A stretch of DNA of 53,207 nucleotides, filler included, from Streblomastix strix (taxonomy: Eukaryota): assembly GCA_008636045.1 (NCBI GenBank). It is 3 parts of 3 records of this genome, joined end to end, with 100 filler letters (N's around TTAATTAATTAA, not from the genome) between each part and the next. Parts side by side here need not be neighbours in the genome. Positions count along the whole stretch, not along the records: positions 1 to 17,681 come from SNRW01000685.1; positions 17,782 to 35,444 come from SNRW01000686.1; 1 more part is not named here. One strand, given 5' to 3'. A program made the position numbers and the translations under genes. Under the pieces are notes generated by a model. It saw nothing but the letters and a program-made list of their open reading frames with translations, was not told the origin of the DNA and searched no databases. Positions 12,379 to 22,900 of the stretch are shown piece by piece. Within the stretch, counting starts at the first letter, position 1; the number at the start of each line of letters is the position of its first letter.

Positions 12379-14088
12379 ATGAACCGCTTTCTCAATAAGT
12401 CAATGCATTTGTTATAACTCAGACATAATGAAGCAATATTAAAAAGTAAATCCTTTGATGCGTTTAGAAATAATGGAAAGCATCATTATTCAATCAAAGA
12501 AATCAAACCAGAGAGCTTAATGCCTGCACTATTTGATAAAGAAATTTTAATTAGTTTATCTGATTCAGATCACGATATAACATAAATTTAGAATTCATTC
12601 CTTTCAAAAGTACTTATAACTTATGTTCAGTTTGATAACAAATTTGAAGGATTTGAAGAATCTTATAAAGATGGAACAGTATTATTCATTGGATTAAAAT
12701 CAGTTAGTTAATTTATATAAGAATACACTATTTTTCACAGAGGTAGAACAATTGACGGAACACCGTAGAATGAATCAACTATTGAGTATTTTATCTATTA
12801 CACTGTTAATCCAAGAAGTGAGAAAAATAATAGAAAACACTTTCATTCATTGTATGTAAATATACACAAATATGATACATCAGAATGTTGAACTAATATA
12901 GCAATAAGAGTGATAGAAGAAACTACTAATGATTAAGATTCTATTCCAAACACTATTCCAATTAGATTTAGATTATCAATTCCATACGATGATATACTAA
13001 TATTTAGTGGATTTACTGACTATCCTAATTCCTTATTCGGTGATCTTAAAATTAAATTTAAAATTGATCCAAACACATTCGTATTTACATAAATGAATCA
13101 AATAATTTCTTTGGCAAAATATTATACAATGAATAAGACTTATCTTATGGCTAGTGGATCAGATAAACTTAAGAATATTGATCTAAACTTTAGAAATTGG
13201 AGTCTGGGATATCAATATACTAAATAATTCATTCAAATGGGATGTATTTCAGATATCATTACAAAAATAAATATTGAATAAATAACAGATAGTTGATTGA
13301 AGAAATTGATATATAATATTAGTCCTGAGATATTATTAATAAAGAATTGCATTGTAACTGAAATAACTGCAAATATGAGTGGCTATAAAGCAACAGATGA
13401 CAGTCTAGAAGGAGTACGTGATTTTTTTGCAAATAGACTTTTTGTCGTACCAGCTTAGAGAGTGGAAGCCTGGTCATTTCCAACAAGAACTACTACAACA
13501 GGAATAAGAACATCATAAAATATTCCATTATCCCATGTCATTGATTTATGTTTGCTATTTCCTAAAGATGCTAGAGCAACAGTTTGTTATTAAAATCCTT
13601 GCTAACATAATATGTAAGTTACTACTTGTGGAAGAAATTTCCCAAATATGCCAATGAATATACTAGATTTGTAATTCTTCTAAATGTAATTGAATGCAAG
13701 CAATTTAGATCTGTTAATCGATGCAACTGTTGAATTCGAAGATGCTTTGAAAATAATAAGAAACACTGCTTTAAGGAGATTGAATCCTCACACTGATCTG
13801 ACTTCATTCATGATCACACTTTAATAGGAAAGGAATAGTAATTGTGCACTAACATTTGATGGATTGGATACTCAGAATTAAAATGTGTCAGTTGAATTCA
13901 GAGGAGCACCAATTTATCAAGGTGAAACAGATTGTTATTATAATGTTGATCTAAGGAGTAAGAGACCATTTCCACAAATTCTATGCACAATTCACGAAAC
14001 ATTTTGATTGTTTGGACTTACTAATGGAAGCTCATGCGTTTATAATGTTAATTTTACATTTTATGAAGTGATTAACTAGATTGAATGA
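12379..14088 (+). pseudogene. Candidate double jelly-roll major capsid protein (569 codons, three in-frame TGA)
   Basis: Motifs QNSFL, IQEYTIFHRGRTIDG, LSIPYDDILIFSGFTDYPNSLFGDLKIKFKI, NMQVTTCGRNFP and SFMITLQQER...LTFDGLDTQNQNVSVEF follow the pattern of Polinton/PLV major capsid proteins. Size and position fit. Confidence 0.75.
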
Positions 14089-14127
14089 TGATTAATCAAT
14101 ATTAATAATTATTTTTATTTAATCAAA

Positions 14128-14328
14128 ACGGATAAATAGATATGTGAAACTCTTAAGCAACTAGAAACATTACTACTAAATGATTACTAACAAAGATCTA
14201 AAGAAATTTAAGAATTTGATATAGAACTAAAGAAAAAATAAATATAAATTATCTATTCAATACTGGATCATATACGAGGTGTAATACAGTTAGCAGATCT
14301 TTTTCTTTAAAGATAAGAAAACTAGTGA
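14128..14328 (+). pseudogene. Small helical hypothetical protein, start codon reads ACG
   Basis: AAAACG in place of AAAATG after the T-rich intergenic motif, then an open 66-codon frame to TGA. Confidence 0.4.
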
Positions 14329-14354
14329 TTGAATTTTATTTTTTTGAATATAAA

Positions 14355-14725
14355 ATGATCTCATAGTAAAACAAAAACCGGATGAAATTAACTTAAAATT
14401 CAACTGCATAAACAGATGAAGGGATTATTCGATTCCCATTACCTGTAGAATTTGTCACATCAAAAAGTAATTGAGAGATAATATTTGTATAATATAGAAC
14501 AAATCAGTCTTTAATTGGTAAAATTTTTATTTACATGCTTCATTTGTGTAAGAAAATTAGGATAATGATTAATAAGAGGGTGGATGTGATGAATATTGTA
14601 CAGATAAACCATTTCACTAATTAAATCATGATAGAAACATACAATTTTGGCTTAAGAATATTGATGGTGAATTTATTGATTAAGCTAATTTATCATTTAT
14701 ACTAGAAATCAATTTAGTGTTTTGA
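14355..14725 (+). pseudogene. Candidate minor capsid protein (penton, single jelly-roll), unusually short
   Basis: N-terminal IRFPLPVEF and C-terminal NIQFWLKNIDGEFIDQANLSFILEINLVF match the penton C-terminal signature. One TGA and one frameshift. Confidence 0.65.
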
Positions 14726-14754
14726 TTGAACATTATGATTTTGTTTCAAATAAA

Positions 14755-15115
14755 ATGAGTCGAGTAATATATGACTGCAAATTGATATAGAAAAAATAAA
14801 ATAAATAATAATTTACTATAATTGTTGATATTAGAGAAGTATTTACAAGAGATAGTAACATTTGATATAATTGATGAGTTTAAGTAGTATCATGTATTGA
14901 ATAGGGAATAGATGGATTAAATGACTACCTAAAAATTTAATAAAACATTCAAAATCAAAGGATATTGTATTACTATACTCAAAGGCGTAAAATCTTTGAG
15001 AAGGTATCATGCAAGTAATGAGAGATAGTCGAATGATGATTAATTGTATAAATTAATTAGTGCATTAATTTAAAAGGAAGTTATTTCAATTGATGATTTA
15101 GATGAAGAATCATGA
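14755..15115 (+). pseudogene. Hypothetical element protein, frameshifted
   Basis: ATG in TAAAATG context. The downstream frame ends ...IDDLDEES-TGA at 15113-15115. Confidence 0.4.
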
Positions 15116-15894
15116 GTTTAATATCATTATTTTTGTACCGTCATTATTGCATTATACTATCAATGCATATATCTTTGATAAATTTATATATTATTCCCAT
15201 ATTTTAACTTTATCAAATGGTATTGAAGATAAATAATAAAATAAGTTAAATTTCTAACGATTGAATCCGCCGAAAAAATATATTGTATCAACATTAGCCT
15301 TTATGCTTGGATCAAGTCCTATTATGTCTTAAAAGCATAAAAAAAGTTATTCTTGGCAATCTGTTCTTGAATAGTTTTTTGAATAATAGTGATTACTTTT
15401 TTTTGAATTTTGATATAGCATCATCAAATTGAACTATAGTTTGAGGATATTTCATTTTAAAATTCTATGCACAAACTGTAGAAAGAATATCCTATTTTGA
15501 ATCTTAAATAAGTTAATTTATTAGATGTTTCTCAATTACTATATCATAAGCTGCTTTATCATCAATTTGATCATTAAGTACTCCGTCAAATTTCACCATA
15601 AGTATCAATCTTGGTTGGAATGATAATAAAAGCACTCATTTTCTTATACGTTTAATCATTATTGCTATCAGTAACATTTATAAATAATGTGCAACAATTC
15701 ATAACTTTGCTAAATTTGATTAATTCTTTGAATGCAATACATAACTTACCACTTCCTCTCTTATCTATAAGTAAATTAATAGAATTACATGTAAAGTTAA
15801 TTTCCTTGTGAACTGTACTTTATACTTCATGTTTATTAGTGACTTGACTCTCTAGTTATTCATTTACATATTGTGCTAATGAATGATTTGACAT
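15110..15894 (-). pseudogene. A32-like (FtsK-HerA superfamily) genome-packaging ATPase, disrupted
   Basis: Degenerate Walker A FNLLIDKRGSGKL, Walker B TIVQFDDA, then KNRLPRIT...Q...IKANVD (the A32 Arg/Gln/Asn motifs). Frameshifts are present. Confidence 0.85.
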
Positions 15895-15955
15895 TTATTT
15901 ACTGTTAAACTAAGGATTGGTATGTAGTTTATATCTAATTTTTAGCTTGAACTAA

Positions 15956-17128
15956 ATGAGTGAACAAATTTAATAAGGTGGATCTTCATAACAAACTGTA
16001 GCAGATAAATTAGGATATACTTCCCGTACCAAACCTAGAGTTTAAGAAACAGATCTATGTGGAAATAAGGGAATAGTATTACCATATGAAACATATGAGA
16101 AGATAATAGGACATTAATTAACATTAAATTAAGAGCTGAAAGATAATAAAGATTATTAAAAGGTTAGAGAATAATCATTAAAGAAAAGAAATGAGCTTCT
16201 AGTGTAATCAAGGTAGTAATCATATGCTCCTCTAATGGATTTGATTGATAGGAATAAAGATATTCAATTCAAGAAAATGTGGTCAAATTAGCCATCATTT
16301 GAGGAATGGAAGAAGAATAGAAAGAATGCTAGATAATAGAAATGGATTGGAACATAAGAAGATATTAATGGGGATAATATTAAGGAGTTTGTTGTTCGAG
16401 ATGATAGAGGATTTATTCAATCAGCTGATGGACTTAGAATTACAGTTCCGATTAAGCGTCAAAGAGTAACCAAATATTTCAGTGAAAACCCAACTAAATA
16501 AGACTGAGCTGCTACACACTATAAAGCGTGGAAAGAAGAAGATAAGCCAGCAGATGGTTATAGACATTTCATTAAAAAATATCTATCTCCATTCCTGAAA
16601 GAGCGTGGTTATACAGTAGCTTAAGTATATTCAGTCATTGGAGGTAGGATATGGAAAGGAGTTATTGCTCCATGGGTATTGTAATATTATGATAAATCAT
16701 ATTATGCATAATCATTTATTGTAGATGATGCAACATCACTAGCAACATATAAGAAATTGAGTAAAGCAATAAAATAAGCATATAATTAATATTTCATAAC
16801 TGGTAATAGTTAGTAAAGAGATAATTAAATGAAAAGACTGATATAAATAGGTTATGCGGCATTTTGGAATAATCAACTAGGTGATATCTCAGATGATACA
16901 AATGATGATGGAGATGAAATATTTATTATTCCAACAGTATTAGCTATTAAAGAAGCAAAATAGAGAAGAGATGAGAAAAGAGACAGAGAATAGAGATCGT
17001 ATGAATAGAGTATGGCAAAAATAGGAACAAGGAAAGATCCTAAATTTAGTGAAGGAATGACATTAAAAAAAGCGAGATTATTACCATATATTTTCTAAAA
17101 TGATTTAGATAATTATATAATTGAATGA
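15956..17128 (+). pseudogene. Hypothetical element protein (390 codons, one in-frame TGA)
   Basis: A single frame MSEQIQQGG...DNYIIE-TGA containing EDINGDNIKEFVV, a DxNGD Ca-binding-like loop. Confidence 0.65.
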
Positions 17129-17164
17129 AAATTATTATCAAATATTATTTTTAGTTTCAATGAA

Positions 17165-17455
17165 ATGAAATTTATGAGTTGGAATACTGTTCATATAGAT
17201 AAATAAGATAAGGTAGAATTAATTGGTAACATGCTTTCTGATAATTTCCATAAAATGTAATTAGAAAAATATGCACAACTTTCAAAAGATGAATAGCTAA
17301 TGGATTATTAAGAAAAAATTAAAAAAATTTTGTGGAGAAGAAGAACTAAAAAATTATATTAACGAAATGAAAAAGTTAGTGAAGAGTAATATAAACTATG
17401 TAATTAATATATAAAAGATTGGCGTAAACTCTAAAAAGAAATGTGGGGTGAATGA
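17165..17455 (+). CDS. Hypothetical 96-aa basic protein
   Basis: Intact ATG-to-TGA frame MKFMSWNTVH...KEMWGE under TAA/TAG=Gln. Confidence 0.55.
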
Positions 17456-17521
17456 TTATATTATTTTTTTTTATTGATACATATAGTTATCAATTAGATA
17501 CATTAATCGTATACATTGTTA

Positions 17522-17681
17522 ATAATAAATAATAATATGCGTTGATGCTCATAGTCATTTGGCGTGGACGAATGATGATATTTTTATTCGAAAAATCTTA
17601 ACCTCTAAAAGTTTAATATATTATCTCTAACTAGCTAATTGGACCAATTATATTGACAAATTTTCTTCCTTAATATTCAAT
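17522..17681 (-). repeat. Right terminal inverted repeat
   Basis: Reverse complement of 1-160. Confidence 0.97.
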
Positions 17682-17781
17682 NNNNNNNNNNNNNNNNNNN
17701 NNNNNNNNNNNNNNNNNNNNNNNNNTTAATTAATTAANNNNNNNNNNNNNNNNNNNNNNNNNNNNNNNNNNNNNNNNNNNN
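17682..17781. other. Artificial contig-joining linker
   Basis: 100-nt N run with a central TTAATTAATTAA (standard-code stops in all six frames). Confidence 0.99.
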
Positions 17782-18781
17782 GAGGCTCCATAATAAGTAG
17801 TCAGAACGCATAACTAAATCTCCATCGCTTCAAGTGTTAACAAGAGTAGCTGACATAAGTGTTTCTTCATTCTACTCTAACATCTGCATATCTTCTATGG
17901 TTAATGTCCTTGGATTTCACTATCTCATCGATAATATCCTTATATTTCCCACTGATGTTCGCTGAATACCTAATTATTTGAGCCTCATCAGCAATTCAAG
18001 TTGACAATAAATATAAATGCAACAAATTATCACCCTTTTGATTGCTGCTGAGATATGAGTTTAATGTGCTCAAAATGATGCCTTGCAAGCTGCGGATCTC
18101 TTATACCTTGTGAAGCCATGATTCGTCACTTTCGTCATGAGTTTGGACTATTGCTTCGCAAAGTTTCCAGATTTACGTCTTTATCAATTTGAATTTTGTT
18201 AAGTTTGATTCAAAAACCTCTCTATCCTCGTTTTTATTTGGATTAAAGCTGATCTTGTCCACTTTTAGGTAAACTGTTACCAAGCGCGTAACGTCAATGT
18301 CAATCTAAGCATACAGGATCTCCCTCGTTTAAGTCGTACCAAGCTTTTGTTCGAGTTCTACAGGTCCCTTTGTTTCAATTATGGATTTTGCAGGGGCTTA
18401 TATTGATGTGCTTATCGCCGCCACGCTTGAGCTGGCAGGTTCTTGAGAAATTCGAGCTTTTGCGAGTACATTCTCTTCCTACTCAAACTCTTCAATAATA
18501 TATTAACCAATGTTGCCGTAATCATCCTAAGAGTAAAATCCTTTTTTACACTTCCTACGCTCTGGTTTCATTTCTTCAAGATCTCTAATCCTTGTCACGA
18601 TAGCAAATGCTCGTCATTCATTGTCATTGTGAGTGGTATTCTTGTTGTCGGTATGATTTGTTCCTTCTACAATTAGAATATCCCTAATTTCTGATTCTGG
18701 AAGATCGTGAGCCTTTTCAATTAAGTCGTCTAGAGTTTCGTTTTGAGAATCAGAAAGTTCTATTAATGTCCACTTTGTCAT
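17782..18781 (-). pseudogene. Decayed ORF, possibly the gag-like 5' ORF of a retroelement cut by the contig end
   Basis: Higher GC than its flanks. Reads MTKWTLIELSDSQNETLDDLIEKAHDLP... with TGA stops and frameshifts. No diagnostic motif found. Confidence 0.3.
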
Positions 18782-19946
18782 GATTCCGAAATTCGCGTGA
18801 GTAGCTATTTCGTGATTTTTACGGACTGCCCATTTAATGTAAATAAACGACGGACTTCTCTCAATGAGGGAAGCAGCCCCACAGAAGGGGCAGCGTATAT
18901 ATATTGTCAGATGGCTATGTTTCTATTTTGAGAGATAAAAAATGTAATATTTTCAAAAAATACTATAATTACATTATAAATAGACAATAACATTAATTTT
19001 AATTATTTTATCTCTCTACCATTGCAATTAGGACACATTTATATTTTTATTAACTTATCAAAACTGCATACCTAAAAAAGAAAAATTCATTGTAATTTTT
19101 TTGAAACGCTTTTAGCATTCTATTTATTTATTATTTATTCGTCATATGAATGTATATATATGTATATTAAAAAAATTGTTTAATTTGTATTAGATTTAAA
19201 TCAATTTAAATTATCAATATATTGGACTATTTAAAAAACATAGAAAATTATGGTAAAATAATTTATTTTTTTATAACTAATAAGAATCAAAAAAACATAC
19301 TTTAGGTTCATGAAAGTTACGGAGGAAACTATATGATTATATAATGTTCACATTCAATTATTATTAATTTTTATTATTTTATTTTTCATTATTTCGTTTT
19401 TCATTATTTTATTTTATTTTTTCAATGTGGGGCACTCTCCTTTTTCACATAATTACTAATATCTTATCAGCACGATATTAATTGGGCATAATGAAATAGT
19501 TTCTCTTCTCCATTTACAAATATTAATTTTACTTAATTATTTAATTTAAAAATTACTTATATTTAATATTTTGATTTATAATAACTATAAAGAGTCGTGG
19601 TTATTTTGGATAGAAAATTACTTATAATTTTAAAGCTAATTTTTTGAGCTAGGCTATTTTTTGTGTGCATTATAATATAAATAATTGTTTAAAAAATATT
19701 TAAATCTGTAAAAGTTAAACAAATTTCAAACGATTACTGAATCGGATATTTCAAAATTAATTCTAATTGAAAATCAGAAATAAAACTCGCTTAAATTCTA
19801 TTTTTTCATCTAACATATTTTAAAATATATAAAATAATGTATTAAATCTAATTTTTAAATAAGCAGAACACCGCTAAATTACCTATTAAGATAATTTTCG
19901 AGTATTTTTTTATTTTTTTTCCATAAATTATTACTTGCTGCAGCTA

Positions 19947-22900
19947 ATGTCAAAAATAGGTGAAATGCTCTCATATATAAAATAAGCCACAGCACGAATA
20001 ATTGGGCTGAAACAAGCCGAATTTGAGCAGGAGACTTTACGTTTGCTGTAGCGATTTACAGGAGGTCGGGAACGGCGGGTTTTAATTCAACTGCGAGCTT
20101 CTGATAATATGGCTAATACACAAACAGACAATAAAGAACAATCAATTGTATTAACACTCGTAAACACGCAATTCCCACTGGATCAACCGAGTACCAAGAG
20201 TATAATTCTTGTTGTTACTTCTTAAAAGTAAGAGACACCTTATCAAAAGATAGCATCACATATGACATACGCGGTGCCTTTCTTACGATCAAGTATAATG
20301 AATGTTGTTGCTCACGAACAAGCAACTTTTGCAGTCAATCGTGCAATTTTTGCGCTTGGGCTCGTAGCAATCTCCTCTATGGAATCTCCATCAATCATTT
20401 CACTTCACCCTCTTTTCCTTATTCAGGATTCAATGAAACTTTAACAGATAATTAAGTCAATCTCTATTCGTGAGGTCTTCTTAGCTACAGCTGAAACTTG
20501 GAATAGTGCACTTGATGCAATTTTATAACAAAAGATAACTTAAGGTAAAGAACAAGAGCACGAATACACACCTGTATTAACTGCTCAATTCTTCTAATCA
20601 CCTTTCTTCCACACACCCGAGAGCATCCGTTCTATAGCTCCTGGATCTCACTACTTCCTTTCTATGCGTTCTGGATTACAGACTGCTAGTTTCACAGAAG
20701 AAGTCTTGTTCTGGGTAAGAAGAGCTAACAGTCTAAGTAATCTTCTTGGAGAGTTGGCATAAGTAGAGAAAGCTCTTGTGGACTTGGAACACCGCGCCAT
20801 GCTAATTGCAACATCATAATCTTAAGCGTATGTAAGCATTGTATCGGAATTAGATGTACCAAGTATCAGTGCATCATCAGATGAAAAATCAAAGTCAAAC
20901 ACTTCATAATATTCATCTGAACCGAACTCAACTAACTCTTATGGTGAATTTGAGTAAAAACAGGATTAGAATAAGAAATAAACCAAACCATCATCCAGCA
21001 ATACAAATGCAAATCCTTTGATCCAACTTACACGACGTTTGCGTGAATAAATTGATATTAAATTCTAAAAGATGCGTGCTAAAATCGCACTTGCAGAAGC
21101 AACACAACTCCAAGAAATGTATCATGAACTAGTTTGTGGTGCATTTGTCGACATTTCAATACCACGACTGAATGCTACGCGTATGCTTAATGCACTTTAG
21201 ATGAGATTCCTCACATAGACTACATTTGCACCATCCACACCAGGAACAGCTGTTGCAGTTACATTAGCTGCTATAATGTAGGAGAATGAGAGAAAAGGTG
21301 AAACATTACATGCAACACTACCAAGTGCAAAAGCTGCGATGATATTCTTATCATTATTTGTAGCAACAAGTGCTGCTATTCGTTGCCAGACTATGTTTGT
21401 TGATGATGAGAATTCTCCAGAAAAATAAGACTAATATCAAAAACCTCTTTCACATCTTTCTTCATTAGCTTCTGATACTTAAACACATTCAATTCTTAAC
21501 TAATCATCTTCAGTTGTGCGTTTAGCATTAACTGAAAAATTTGCTTAAAAAAACATTGATGCATTATCTGTAGAGAATAAATCGACTTCAGCTTATAAAA
21601 TATCAGAAAAAGATAAATAATTATAGATACAAGTCTTGGAAGACGTTACAAACGTTAAAGCTAAAAACATTATTGTATCCATTGAACTTGCATGTTCAAT
21701 ATGTAATCAGTACATTGCATTCTGCCAGAAGATTGCTGATCCTGAAAGTGTGCTATCATCCTTGTTCGCAATGAAAAGTCTGTAGGATCTGATATAATAG
21801 AATTCTATTCTAGGGACAACTGAGAAGCAAGAATTAAATCTACACCAACATCAACTAATAGTTCCTTCAGTAATGCGTGATTGCGCTTCAAAACGATCGT
21901 TGCTTCCTCTTTATACTGAATCTGTAGCAAATGTTTAATCACGATTAAAGAAACTATTGCCAGTGTTTATTACCCTACAAGAATTTGGACATGTTCAGTT
22001 GTTTAATACGGGAGCTTTCTTAAATTTGGCTTCCCGCTATACAACATTATTGTAGTAATGCTACTCTTTTCTAAGAATTATATTATAACTCAATGAAAAA
22101 GATTTCCAAAGCAAACTTGCCAACACATAAGCATAGATATAGAAATTGGATACATTATTAATTAATTCATACACTTCTATTATTGGAAAACCAAGTTAAA
22201 AACAAAATATAGATAGCAAGAATAGTCTCGATGCAAGTTTAGTAACAATTGATGATTAACAACTATCTAATATCGCACTTCGAGGAGGTATTCACTCAAT
22301 GCCCACAGATCTTGCAACAGCCTGGCTTGTTTTTGTGGAGACATCTCCACGTGGTCGAACACGTGTGGATGAATTTCTGGCTGAAACAGCAGCACACATC
22401 GCTTGGAGCTGGACACGCACAATTGTCAGCTTTAATTAAGATTAACAGATATAAACTTAAAATACAAGAAGAGACAGCAAATTTAAGAAAATTTAAGAAT
22501 TTCGTGGAATGATTGAAGACTCTACACAAATACAGTCAACATATTAACTATAAAACCCTTAGAAAAAGATAATACCATAATCCCCAATGTCTTAAATCTA
22601 CGATAATTCTAAGAAACAAGACTAACTCACTTCATCTAAAAATTCCTAGATTCATTATGGAAGGCCAAAACCCTCTCCACAAAATCCACCTTCTAATCCC
22701 ACTTCAATTTCAACGAGTAATTCTACTTCACTTTCAACCATCTCTTCTGTCGCACCATCTAAAATTCCTTCCATTTAAACACTTTCTCACTTTAGTTCAT
22801 CTGTGAACTCTTTATAATCTTATACGCAGGAATTAAAATCAGATAGAAATTTTATTGGAAAGGTTAATGTAGAAAAGAAGGAAAACATATCCATCGAAAA

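Larger units (their letters stand above)
1..17681. mobile_element. Polinton/Maverick-like endogenous virus (Polinton-like virus), decayed, filling the whole contig
   Basis: Terminal inverted repeats at both contig ends enclose a dense, apparently intronless gene array. With TAA/TAG=Gln it encodes a pPolB exonuclease domain, rve integrase, A32 ATPase and jelly-roll-like major and minor capsid candidates. The 17.7 kb length is in the usual Polinton range. Confidence 0.9.

Noticed and set aside
10215..14088. In-frame TGA codons as evidence that TGA is also a sense codon (Trp or Sec)
   Set aside because: The TGAs fall at positions expected to be Trp, Gly or Arg, and they co-occur with frameshifts in neighbouring genes. 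Genes end in TGA, and the dynein stretches I translated have none. Mutational decay explains them.
17682..17781. TTAATTAATTAA palindrome within N runs (also 35445-35544) as a biological site, and any linkage between the three segments
   Set aside because: It is an identical artificial spacer joining contigs of near-equal length, so adjacency of the virus, dynein and DIRS segments carries no meaning.
18860..18900. Short GC hairpin (GCCCC-ACAGAA-GGGGC) as a terminator or element terminus
   Set aside because: The stem is only about 5 bp and no matching partner repeat is visible in the window.
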